A stretch of 64,000 nucleotides of DNA, from the NCBI GenBank assembly GCA_030609965.1, contig JAUWSQ010000004.1:217-64216 (forward strand), given 5' to 3'. A model generated the notes under the pieces. That model searched no databases. It had not been told where the DNA came from and was given only the letters and a program-made list of their open reading frames with translations. The position numbers and the translations under genes were made by a program. Shown here piece by piece: positions 18,038 through 27,634 of this stretch (positions within the stretch are counted from its first letter, which is position 1; the number at the start of each line of letters is the position of its first letter). Source of the stretch: Candidatus Fermentibacterota bacterium (GTDB taxonomy: Bacteria; Fermentibacterota; Fermentibacteria; Fermentibacterales; JCC-6).

Positions 18038-21000
18038 TTAGATAATCTGAAGAATCGCGCTGTTTCGCTTAACGGGGATACCCATTTCCTTTTCAAGCTC
18101 ATGTGCTTTCGCCAATCTGCTCTTCCGCTTTTTCGCATCTACTGAAGATACATTCTTCTTCAGGTCCAGCATGTTGCAGTATGATACCAATGTATCCGCC
18201 AGAGCTGGTTTCATACCGTATCGCTCAAAGATACCAATAGCCTTGTCGAATTCGATATCCCCCTTTTCGAACTCCCCAAGGGAGAAAAACAGTCTTCCGC
18301 GGAGCTGATGGATTTTAGCTCTGCCGGCAGTCATACCCATTTCTTCGACAAGATCATTCGCTTCTTCGATCATTTCCCTGATTCCATCAGATCTGCCGTT
18401 TTTCAAACGAAGGTCCGACAGGGTGATAAGGACCTCCAGCAGCAGGCTTTTTGAATGTACCTTCCTCGCCAGTATTTCCGCTTTTCTCAGTTCATCTTCA
18501 GCTGCTGCCTCATCCTCTTCCTCAATTGAAACCAGACCTAGAATAGCATGAGAACATGCTTCCTCGCGTTCAAATGATGATTTTACTGATAGCTCCATAG
18601 CTGTTACTGAAAGTTCTCTCGCTTTTCCAGTTCCAGCCATTGCGAGATGGAGCAGGCCGAGCTGGTGATACGCTAACAGCATATCATGAACGGCGGGAAG
18701 CTCCTCAGCCTGGAGTCTGTATTTCTCTACGAATTCAAGTGCTTTGTCGAACAGTCCGGTAGAGCTGTAAATTTTGGATATATCTCCATAGGAAGACATG
18801 ATTATCAGTTTGTCACCGATCTCTTTTGAGACGGTTAGCTGTTTATTCAGGGAGTCAATCGCCTCGGTGAACTCACCCAGTTTACAGGAAACCAGGCCTA
18901 TATTGCCATAGGTGACAGCGATCTCCCTTTTTAAATGGTGTTTCAGAGCTATTTCAAGGGCTTTCAAATAAAACTCCCTTGCCTCCGAATAATCCCCGTT
19001 GGCCCAGTGAACAGTGGCGATAGTATTGTATGAGAAGCCACGCTGACGGGTACACACAGTATCTTCGTAATCGCACAGATTTGCAGCAAGATCCACTGCC
19101 TTCAGAGCTTTTTGCATGGCGAGTTCGTTATTGCCCATGACGCAGTAAACCCATGCTCTGAAGCATTCTATCCGAACGAAAAGAACATCATGCTTTCCAG
19201 GATTCTGAAGAAGCATTTCCTCGATATTGTCAAGTAATTCAATGGATCTGTCAACTTCCCCACGGGTGTAGTGTATATCAGCGATGGACAATGAGACATC
19301 ACCTGTCAGTTCAATATCAGTGGATGTCTCCATGGCTTTCTTGTAATCCTTTAAAGCCTCATCATAATTACCCATTCTATCGTGGATCTTACCCATGTAT
19401 CTGCAGCATTCTGCCAGCTTTTCCGAAGTGCTGTTCTGGTGGTTTTCGATGATATCGACAGCATCCTGAAAATGCTGTACAGCATTCAGGTTCCTGTATT
19501 CCGCCCATGCTCGATCACCTGCCATATAGCTGTATTTCAAAGCTTTCTCAAATTCTTCCGCTATTCTGAAATGATTGGCGAGCGAGGAACAGAGAGCTTC
19601 AAGCCTGTCCGGGTACATTTCCTCCAGTATTGAACCTATATCTCCATGGATTTCCTTCCTCCGTTTCCTCAGAATGGAATCGTAGGACACATCTTTAATC
19701 AGTGTATGGGAGAAAACAAACTCCATATCTTTCAGTTTAGACCGATATGTAAGACCGGCTTCGGTACAGTCCATGAGGTTATCATGAACATTCCTCATCA
19801 GGACTCTTCTGACGATTTCCTCATCAAATTTGAAACCGGCAACACTCCCAATCCTCAGGCATTCCTTCGCCTGCTTTTCCAGCCTGTCTATCCTTGCCAT
19901 TATCATCGAGAAGACGTTACCAGGCAGTTTTTCATCGCTGTACAGTGCAGTCCTTTCCCAGAGGCCTTCTTTACAGCTGATGAGTTCCTCCTCAACAAGG
20001 TATAGCAGGAACTGTGTAAGGTAGAATGGATTTCCGTTGGCTTTTTCCCTGATGATTGTTTCGATACCATTCTCAAGAGGTGTTCCGTTGAGTATTTCGA
20101 GCATGAGCTCATTGGATGCTGAATTTACAAGGCCTTCCAGAAGTATGCTGCGAATGGGGACGTCACCGCAACTGAAGAGTGTACGTTCATCAGGTCTTTT
20201 TGAAAGAACAAAGGATATGTTCACAGTTGAATATTCAAGCAGATACCTTGTAATATATTCCACTGCAAGAATATCCATATCTGTAGAATAATGAATATCT
20301 TCAAGAATTACACATAATGGATCCTTGTATGATCTGATCATTTCGCAGATACCATCCAGAAGGTTTTCCCTTCTCAATTTCGGAGGCAGAGCATCGTAAT
20401 GCGAACCTGGATAGCTCAGAGAGAAAAGCATTCTACCCAGGAAAGCCTCCCGTTTTAGAAGTCTTCCTTCCGGATCATCCAGATCTTCGATCAGATTTCG
20501 AAGTTTGTTCTTCCTGGTATCGTGCGAGTCACTCTCCAGCATTCCGGATATACTTCCTATCAGTGAAGCAAAAAGGTCGTTTGTTTCGCTGTTTTCCGGT
20601 GAAGATCCATAAAGTACGCTGTAATCCTTTTCTCTTAGAAGCTCGGCAAGTTTTTTCAGTAAACTTGTTTTACCTATACCGGCACTTCCTTCAATAACGA
20701 TAACCGAGTTTTCTCTTGCAATTGTCGATAGTATCCGGGAAATCTCTTCTTCTCTTCCGACAAAGTGATATCTGTCACCTGGATCGATTCTCCTTTCAAT
20801 CGGTGAAAAGCGTTTGATGGGGCTTTCCTTGCCCTTCAGCATGATGCTTTCCATATCCAGGTATCTGTAATTGCTCCTGGACATTCTGAATACGTTATCA
20901 GAAACGGCTATTGAACCTGATTCCGCAGAGTCTGCTAGTCTTGCAGCTGTATTCACGACATCTCCTATTACAGTGTACTTTCTGCTCCGCGAATCTCCTA

Positions 21001-21901
21001 TCGCACCTGCGAAGGCAAAACCGTCATCTATCCCCGTTCTGATACTGAAAACACTCTGATCCGAGATATACTGGCGAATTTCCAGGCTTGCCTGCACAGC
21101 ATGAAGGAGATCGTAACCGTACGAACGGGGAGCACCAAAGAGAAGGAAGAACCTGCTGCCTCCTGCAAGGTTATTATCAACCATCTGAACGATACCGCTG
21201 TTCCTCTGCGCGATGTCTGAAATGCCAAGGTAGAGTTCCTGTATCTGCCTGTGAGGCGGTACTTTTGCATCGTACCCTTTGAAATTGACGAATACCGCGG
21301 TAATTGAACGATGCTCTCCCTGAAGATTTTCTGTGCCCGGAATAATGAATGAGCTGTCCGGTACGTCAGGTGAAGTGTATTCATCGAGGATAACAGTCTC
21401 CTCTGACCGTACCGACACTGTTTCTCCCCTTGATGCTGCATCCTCCGCTACTGCCATCTTTTCAATGATATCACCTGCAAGGAATACGTGAGCGCCTTTC
21501 TCATCCCCTATGATGAACTCTGTCCATGAACCGTATCCCAGGATAATCTTTATACCAAGCCTGCAGATACCGGCATCCGTTTCCAGATTTTCGAAATGTA
21601 CCATCTCAGTCATCATCTGCTCAGCACAGGCCGAGGGATCAGAGTTTTCGGGAAAGCGTACAAGCATTGAATCTCCGGCGGAGGATATATTGATGCCCCC
21701 GTGTTCACGAACTATTTCGTACATTGCCCGAAAGTAGCGGTTGAGTATCTCAGTGAGCTCTTCAGTGCCTTTCTTACCATGAAGAGCGAGCTTCTCGGTC
21801 AGTTCAGTGAAACCGGATATATCCGCAAACAACAGGGATCCTTTATACAGGTGTTTTCCCTGCTTTATGAGATTTACGTCACCTGGAATAAAAGGGTTCA
21901 A
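18038..21901 (-). CDS. Tandem class III nucleotidyl cyclase + STAND ATPase + TPR (sAC-like architecture)
   Basis: FADISGFT, AGDS, YTVIGDVVNTAARL, GSAGIGKT, EDIH, GNPFY, TPR array. Confidence 0.92.
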   Translation of the reverse strand: MNPFIPGDVNLIKQGKHLYKGSLLFADISGFTELTEKLALHGKKGTEELTEILNRYFRAMYEIVREHGGINISSAGDSMLVRFPENSDPSACAEQMMTEMVHFENLETDAGICRLGIKIILGYGSWTEFIIGDEKGAHVFLAGDIIEKMAVAEDAASRGETVSVRSEETVILDEYTSPDVPDSSFIIPGTENLQGEHRSITAVFVNFKGYDAKVPPHRQIQELYLGISDIAQRNSGIVQMVDNNLAGGSRFFLLFGAPRSYGYDLLHAVQASLEIRQYISDQSVFSIRTGIDDGFAFAGAIGDSRSRKYTVIGDVVNTAARLADSAESGSIAVSDNVFRMSRSNYRYLDMESIMLKGKESPIKRFSPIERRIDPGDRYHFVGREEEISRILSTIARENSVIVIEGSAGIGKTSLLKKLAELLREKDYSVLYGSSPENSETNDLFASLIGSISGMLESDSHDTRKNKLRNLIEDLDDPEGRLLKREAFLGRMLFSLSYPGSHYDALPPKLRRENLLDGICEMIRSYKDPLCVILEDIHYSTDMDILAVEYITRYLLEYSTVNISFVLSKRPDERTLFSCGDVPIRSILLEGLVNSASNELMLEILNGTPLENGIETIIREKANGNPFYLTQFLLYLVEEELISCKEGLWERTALYSDEKLPGNVFSMIMARIDRLEKQAKECLRIGSVAGFKFDEEIVRRVLMRNVHDNLMDCTEAGLTYRSKLKDMEFVFSHTLIKDVSYDSILRKRRKEIHGDIGSILEEMYPDRLEALCSSLANHFRIAEEFEKALKYSYMAGDRAWAEYRNLNAVQHFQDAVDIIENHQNSTSEKLAECCRYMGKIHDRMGNYDEALKDYKKAMETSTDIELTGDVSLSIADIHYTRGEVDRSIELLDNIEEMLLQNPGKHDVLFVRIECFRAWVYCVMGNNELAMQKALKAVDLAANLCDYEDTVCTRQRGFSYNTIATVHWANGDYSEAREFYLKALEIALKHHLKREIAVTYGNIGLVSCKLGEFTEAIDSLNKQLTVSKEIGDKLIIMSSYGDISKIYSSTGLFDKALEFVEKYRLQAEELPAVHDMLLAYHQLGLLHLAMAGTGKARELSVTAMELSVKSSFEREEACSHAILGLVSIEEEDEAAAEDELRKAEILARKVHSKSLLLEVLITLSDLRLKNGRSDGIREMIEEANDLVEEMGMTAGRAKIHQLRGRLFFSLGEFEKGDIEFDKAIGIFERYGMKPALADTLVSYCNMLDLKKNVSSVDAKKRKSRLAKAHELEKEMGIPVKRNSAILQII

Positions 21902-22110
21902 TCTGCTTGTCCTCTTTCAGCTTCTGGCAGCTTGTTTTGCGTACTGCAGAGCACTTCCATTCACTACCATTGTCAGTACGAATATACATACTCTGGAACT
22001 GCAGGAGAAAAGTGAAATACTATCTATGAAGTATGAAAGACCGACACACCACGCGTTGTGAACTACTTTACACATGGGTTAACCTTTATATCTTTACACG
22101 GGAGGGAGAA

Positions 22111-22635
22111 ATGAAAGGAAAATTTCAACTTTACACTGGAAACGGTAAAGGTAAGACCACCGCTGCCCTTGGCCTGGCAGTAAGAGGCGCATGCGCGGGC
22201 TTGAAAGTTTACATCGGGCAGTTCATGAAAGGACAGGATTACTCTGAGCTATGCCTGCCCGATCATTTCCCTGGAGCTATCGCCATGGAACAGTACGGTA
22301 CTCCCAGACTTATATGCAAAGGAGAAAAACCCTCGGAGGATGATTTGCGATCCGCTTCGACTGGCCTTGACAGGATTAGAACCGTGATGGTCACGGGGAG
22401 TTACGATCTGGTTATTGCGGACGAATTGAACGTTACTGTTCATATGGGGCTTCTCAGCGAGAATGAGGTGATGGATTTCATCAGTCAGCGACCGGATGAT
22501 GTAGAGCTTGTGCTGACAGGGCGTTATGCTCCGGAGAGCTTTATTGAGGCTGCTGACCTTGTTACGGAAATGAGGGAAATCAAACACTACTACGCTACTG
22601 AGAATCTGCTGGCCCGAAAAGGCATCGAATCGTAG
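22111..22635 (+). CDS. cobO: Cob(I)yrinic acid a,c-diamide adenosyltransferase
   Basis: YTGNGKGKTTAALG, QFMKG, DE, LTGR, ADLVTEM; ATG 22111 after GGAGGG. Confidence 0.93.
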   Translation: MKGKFQLYTGNGKGKTTAALGLAVRGACAGLKVYIGQFMKGQDYSELCLPDHFPGAIAMEQYGTPRLICKGEKPSEDDLRSASTGLDRIRTVMVTGSYDLVIADELNVTVHMGLLSENEVMDFISQRPDDVELVLTGRYAPESFIEAADLVTEMREIKHYYATENLLARKGIES

Positions 22636-22703
22636 GGTCGGGTCTTTACACTTAACATTATGTATACTTTATTCATCTCTATCAGTTCAGTAAGGAGAGT
22701 ATT

Positions 22704-23267
22704 ATGAAAACCGCCATCATGTTTCTGGTTCTGCTGACAGCGCTGGCTGTATCATCGGAAAGAAGCGATCTTGAAGTTTCAATCGGCGGGGGAGTCTGGA
22801 TGCCATCCCTTTTCGATTCAGATGCAGGGCTTTCGCCCGGACCTGCAATAGTAGTCTCGCTGCAGATTCCTCCATCACTTGGAAACTGTTTCATTATTGA
22901 GGCTTCCTACCTCAGCGCAGGGACTGACAGCGATAGCTGGGGTTCTGTAACCGGCATACCACTGACAGTGGGCTACAGGATGTACCCCTTCTACCGAAGA
23001 TACGCGGGTCCCCGTGGAATTGAACCGCTGCTTGGAATATATGGCGGAGGAATGCTACTCTGGGACAGCCCGGAGGGTAACCAGGATAAAACCAGTACCG
23101 GAGCCGGCATTATCGGTGCTGAACTTGGTGCACGGATAAATCTGGGAGAGTCGACCTCCATTGATATCGTCGTTACACCTGAATGGGTAAGTGCGGGTTC
23201 GGCGCTGGGCGGGGAAACAGGAAAGGACCTGTCAGGTCTTCAGATAACTGCGTCAGTTGCATTTTAA
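22704..23267 (+). CDS. Small outer-membrane beta-barrel protein
   Basis: Signal peptide, alternating beta-strand pattern, terminal Phe (ITASVAF). Confidence 0.65.
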   Translation: MKTAIMFLVLLTALAVSSERSDLEVSIGGGVWMPSLFDSDAGLSPGPAIVVSLQIPPSLGNCFIIEASYLSAGTDSDSWGSVTGIPLTVGYRMYPFYRRYAGPRGIEPLLGIYGGGMLLWDSPEGNQDKTSTGAGIIGAELGARINLGESTSIDIVVTPEWVSAGSALGGETGKDLSGLQITASVAF

Positions 23268-23280
23268 CGGGAACGAGGGA

Positions 23281-24348
23281 TCAGTTTAAGGAAGTGCTTC
23301 GTCCAGAAGGTCCAAGCTGACCACAGGCTGCAGCAATGTCACTTCCCCTGGAGCGTCTCAGGATAACGGCCTGACATCTCGGATAAAGGTGTTGCATGAA
23401 TCTGTTTACCGATTCACTGTCCGGTCTTCTGTATGGAGCGCCTTCTACAGGATTGTAAATCAGAAGGTTTATCTTGCACTCAATATCACCGGCGAACTCC
23501 GCAAGGGCGGAGGCCTCTTCAAGAGTATCGTTAATACCTGCGATGAGACAGTATTCCAGGGTTATCCTTCTTCCCTTGCGATTGACATAGTTCATCATGT
23601 CCCTTTTAAGCTCCCGAAGAGGCAGGGCCTTTGATACCGGCACCAGCTTCAGCCTTGTACTTTCAACAGCGCTATGAAGCGAGACAGCCAGTCCGTACTG
23701 GCCATCCAGCTGCGTAAGTTTCTCTATGCCTCCCGGAATACCAACGGTCGATACGGTTATTTTCCTTGCTCCTATACATATCCCTCTGTCATCGCTTATT
23801 ATGGAAAGAGCATCACTGAGAGCAGGGAAATTATCCATGGGTTCCCCCATGCCCATGAAGACCACATTGCTTATCCGATCATCGGTACTGTTCTGCAGGC
23901 CGTAGAGCTGAGCCACGATTTCATCGGTTCGAAGGTTTCGCCGGAAGCCTCCCCTTCCAGTCTGGCAGAATGTACAGCCGCATCTGCAACCCGCCTGTGT
24001 TGATAGACATGCGGTCAGCCTCGGAGGGTCAGGGATAAGCACTGATTCGATTACCTCACCATCCTCCAGCCTGAAGGAATACTTCACAGTTCCGTCATCT
24101 GCAGCGATGGTATTGCATATTTCAAAGGCAGTTATTTCGCAGGCCAGGTCAAGCTGATTTCTTGCAGATAGTGAAATATCGGTCATCTGGTGAAACGAAT
24201 GTACTCTCTTCAGGTGTATCCATGAGAAAAGCTGCTGTGCTCTGAAAGGTTTCATTCCCAGTTCTGAAGTAACCCATTCTTTCAGCCGCGGGAAGGTTAA
24301 CCCGGATATTTTCACCTTCTGCTCCTTTGCACCGCTATCCATCTGCAT
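23281..24348 (-). CDS. rlmN: 23S rRNA (A2503-C2) methyltransferase
   Basis: CLSTQAGCRCGCTFC, MGMGEP, SLH, DIAAACGQL; start probably 24348 or 24342. Confidence 0.95.
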   Translation of the reverse strand: MQMDSGAKEQKVKISGLTFPRLKEWVTSELGMKPFRAQQLFSWIHLKRVHSFHQMTDISLSARNQLDLACEITAFEICNTIAADDGTVKYSFRLEDGEVIESVLIPDPPRLTACLSTQAGCRCGCTFCQTGRGGFRRNLRTDEIVAQLYGLQNSTDDRISNVVFMGMGEPMDNFPALSDALSIISDDRGICIGARKITVSTVGIPGGIEKLTQLDGQYGLAVSLHSAVESTRLKLVPVSKALPLRELKRDMMNYVNRKGRRITLEYCLIAGINDTLEEASALAEFAGDIECKINLLIYNPVEGAPYRRPDSESVNRFMQHLYPRCQAVILRRSRGSDIAAACGQLGPSGRSTSLN

Positions 24349-24430
24349 GCAGTATTTCCCTTCGACCATTGATGAGTGAGTATATATATAACACATGTAC
24401 TTTAGCAGTTTACCCAATGAGGAGATAACA

Positions 24431-25297
24431 ATGAAAAATCGCATCGGAATAATCGGGGGATCCGGAGTTTACTCCTTTGAAGGTGTCCGAATTGAGCAGG
24501 AGTTGAATACCGAGACGCCGTTCGGAAAACCTTCCGCTCCTCTTATCCTTGCGGATTACAATGATATACCCCTGGTCTTTCTGCCACGTCACGGAGAGGG
24601 GCATACTCTGCAGCCTTCCGAGGTCCCGTATGCAGCTAATATTTATGCACTGAAGAATGCAGGAGTTCGCCAGCTGATTTCTGTTTCTGCGGTTGGCAGC
24701 CTTCAGGAAAAATATCATCCCAGACATTTCGTTATCCCTGATCAGATCTACGACCGGACCAAGGGAATCCGAAGATCCACGTATTTCGGTGGAGGAATGG
24801 TCGGGCATATCGGATTTGGTGACCCATTCTGCAGTGATCTTTCAAAGATACTCGTTAAAGCGGCCGAAGAAGCCGATGCAACGGTCCACAATGGTGGTAC
24901 ACTTGTATGTATGGAGGGCCCCGCGTTTTCGACTCGGGGCGAAAGCAGAGTATACCGCAGCCAGGGCCATGCTGTGATCGGGATGACTGCTATCCCTGAA
25001 GCAAAACTTGCAAGGGAAGCAGGTATATGCTACGCTACTTTGTGCATGATCACCGATTACGATGTATGGCATGAAACGGAGGAGGATGTTTCCGTAGAGG
25101 GAGTATTGGCTAATCTCAGGATGAATACCGTCAGGGCCAGGAGAACGATTGAAAACGCACTTAATAAGATTGACATTAACAAGACTGATTGCACCTGCCA
25201 TGGCGGGAAGAGTGCAATCGAGGGAGCCATCATGACAGCTCCGGAACACCGAGGCTACCTTGCGAAGGAGCATCTGAAGGTTATCCTGGAAAGATAG
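24431..25297 (+). CDS. mtnP: S-methyl-5'-thioadenosine phosphorylase
   Basis: IGIIGGSG, TPFGKPS, RHG..H, EGPAFSTRGES, GMT..PEAKLARE, TDYD; ATG 24431 after GAGGAG. Confidence 0.93.
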   Translation: MKNRIGIIGGSGVYSFEGVRIEQELNTETPFGKPSAPLILADYNDIPLVFLPRHGEGHTLQPSEVPYAANIYALKNAGVRQLISVSAVGSLQEKYHPRHFVIPDQIYDRTKGIRRSTYFGGGMVGHIGFGDPFCSDLSKILVKAAEEADATVHNGGTLVCMEGPAFSTRGESRVYRSQGHAVIGMTAIPEAKLAREAGICYATLCMITDYDVWHETEEDVSVEGVLANLRMNTVRARRTIENALNKIDINKTDCTCHGGKSAIEGAIMTAPEHRGYLAKEHLKVILER

Positions 25298-25304
25298 TAC
25301 TTCT

Positions 25305-26267
25305 GTGAACAAGAAAATTTCCGACCTGGGGGAGAGGGGGCTGATACGCACGCTCCGGGATAAATTCCCCTCTCTTTCCTCTATAGGAGATGATTGCGCT
25401 GTATTGCCGGGAATTCAATGTCCTGTTGTTACCACTGACAGTTTCTTCGAAGGCACTCATTTCCATAGATGGTGGGCTCCTCCGAGAATTCTTGGAAGGC
25501 GTCTGCTGGAAGCCTCTCTCTCGGATATTGCGGCAATGGGTGCAAGGGCTCAGTGGGTTTTTGCGGCCCTATCCATTAATCCGGGTATCGGAGTGGGCTG
25601 GATAGAGGGTTTCTATCAGGGATTGACCGAACGGGAGGATGTGATCCTCGCGGGTGGTGAAACAGTACGGGGAGAACGTCTGGGAATCACACTCACCATC
25701 ATAGGAGAGGGGCAGGACAGGGATACGATTCTTAGAAGATCATCCCTTCATCCGGGTGATCATCTCTGGATAAGCGGTCTTCTTGGTCGAGCTCTGAGTG
25801 CTCCTGAAAAACTTGAAAAAGTGGGCGGGTTGTTCGGGAAGGAACTCAAATCACGTTCAGGACTGCTCTCCGGTGAAGAGCTTGTGCAGTTGAGAGCCTT
25901 TCTGCAGCCCCGAGCGGAGCTTGAGCTTGGAATTGAACTAAGAAAGATGGGTGTTCGTTGCGCGATAGATGTTTCAGATGGGCTTTTCTCTGAAGCTGCA
26001 CACCTGTCCCAGGAAAGCTCCGTTAGTGTGGTACTTGAGATCGATGAAACCCTGTTCTTTGATTCAGTGAAGGATGAACCCCTGGCCGCATCCGCAGCGG
26101 GGGAGGATTATGTTCTGCTGTTCGGGGCGTCTGGTGAACTCGACCTTTCATCGCTTGGGTGTACGAAAATTGGACGCGCTGAGACTGGAAATGGAAAAAT
26201 AACTATATTTCTTGGCGGAGAGAGAGTAAATATTGGTGCGAAAGGATATGATCATTTGGAGGTTTGA
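25305..26267 (+). CDS. thiL: Thiamine-phosphate kinase
   Basis: GERGLI, IGDDCA, TTD, SDIAAMG, IDVSDGL, GEDY, GYDH. Confidence 0.92.
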   Translation: MNKKISDLGERGLIRTLRDKFPSLSSIGDDCAVLPGIQCPVVTTDSFFEGTHFHRWWAPPRILGRRLLEASLSDIAAMGARAQWVFAALSINPGIGVGWIEGFYQGLTEREDVILAGGETVRGERLGITLTIIGEGQDRDTILRRSSLHPGDHLWISGLLGRALSAPEKLEKVGGLFGKELKSRSGLLSGEELVQLRAFLQPRAELELGIELRKMGVRCAIDVSDGLFSEAAHLSQESSVSVVLEIDETLFFDSVKDEPLAASAAGEDYVLLFGASGELDLSSLGCTKIGRAETGNGKITIFLGGERVNIGAKGYDHLEV

Positions 26268-26533
26268 TAATGACCGATTCAACTGAATCAAAAGAAAATG
26301 AATTCAAGGTTTCCGGAAGCGAGCTTCTTAAAAAGATAAAGGAACTCTTTCACCAGGGAAACATAAGACACATAATAATCAGAAATGAATCCGGTAAGAC
26401 ACTGATCGAGCTTCCACTAACAATGGGGATCCTTGGAGTTGCCCTCATTCCCGTGTATGCTGCAGTTGCTGCAATTGCGGCACTTGCTGTGAAATGCAGT
26501 ATTGAAGTAAAAACCACACAGAACCCGGACTGA
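26264..26533 (+). CDS. DUF4342-like small protein
   Basis: KIKEL.HQGNIRHI.I...G.TLIELPLT.G, C.IEV. Confidence 0.75.
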   Translation: MIMTDSTESKENEFKVSGSELLKKIKELFHQGNIRHIIIRNESGKTLIELPLTMGILGVALIPVYAAVAAIAALAVKCSIEVKTTQNPD

Positions 26534-26536
26534 AAG

Positions 26537-27451
26537 TCAGTACGAAAGAATTCCCAGATAGAACCTGGAGTATACAACATCATGATATTCATTCGTACTC
26601 AGACTGATTGTTGTCATCCGCTCAATGGTGTGATCCGGAAGGGGAAACACCAGGAGCGTATCACCGCTCCATGAACCATCGAATATCCAGCCTTCCCAGG
26701 TGTCCCACATTGAAACCAGCTCCTCTGATTTCATAGTTCCCCCGGCCCAGTCACAGAGTATTTCCGGATAGATGTTCTGCGGACCGGTTGCGGTTATTAC
26801 ACCCTGCAATGGGTCATCTCCCATGATCCGATCCAGGATTACCGTTTCTCCTTCTTTTACGAACCACATTGCGCAACCTCTGTAATCAGGATCGAGAACT
26901 GCACCGTTATCCGAAAGCAGGACCGGATAGAATTCATCCTCAGAGGAGGGTTGCAGTGCACACTCGTAGTAAATGAATTTCTCCCGCGATCCATCGTTGA
27001 AATCAAGAACATAAGAAGGGGGTTCTCTCCAGATTTCAAGCATATCTGATGACACACACGAGTATTCTCCGACTAAATACTCCTGATTCAGTGTTGTTTC
27101 CAATATCTCCCAGACCGCATTGTAGGACTGCTGCGGAGGCATCGGTGATGTGCTTACGAGGTTATCCGGGAATGGCACTGTTTCTATGAAATGCCCTGAA
27201 TGTACACTTACGGTGAATTTGCCGCTGAACTCTGCACCGTAGAAGTAAACAATGGGAACTCTTGCAACAGGTTCCTCCCACTGGTACGGAGGAATGAAAT
27301 CGGAGTTTGGATCAATAAAGGGGTTCGCTCCGAAAACCACGTTTTCTTCTGTGAATGTAACCGCCCCCCACTCATGGACATAGACCGTCCCGTAATCCAC
27401 TGGAGCGATAACTGTATCCATGAGGGCTGCCGCAAAAATAAGTTCCAGCAT
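26537..27451 (-). CDS. Conserved hypothetical protein, probably exported
   Basis: Long acidic ORF with VHEWG and P.VYFY motifs; AGGAG RBS before ATG 27451. Confidence 0.65.
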   Translation of the reverse strand: MLELIFAAALMDTVIAPVDYGTVYVHEWGAVTFTEENVVFGANPFIDPNSDFIPPYQWEEPVARVPIVYFYGAEFSGKFTVSVHSGHFIETVPFPDNLVSTSPMPPQQSYNAVWEILETTLNQEYLVGEYSCVSSDMLEIWREPPSYVLDFNDGSREKFIYYECALQPSSEDEFYPVLLSDNGAVLDPDYRGCAMWFVKEGETVILDRIMGDDPLQGVITATGPQNIYPEILCDWAGGTMKSEELVSMWDTWEGWIFDGSWSGDTLLVFPLPDHTIERMTTISLSTNEYHDVVYSRFYLGILSY

Positions 27452-27634
27452 AGTCATCTCCTGTCTTATAATAAAACGCTTTCTGATGCACATCTGTAGT
27501 ACAGCTTCAATGAAACAATATTCCAGGTTACTGATGATGTACAGTACACGGACGAAGCGCTTCCCCGCTATTTCATTCCCTGATTGTTTCGGTTATTGTA
27601 CAGACATCAATTCAAGGAATCAGGGAGGTACTTC

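Noticed and set aside
21902-22110. Cobalamin riboswitch before cobO
   Set aside because: No B12-box or GGGAA core on either strand
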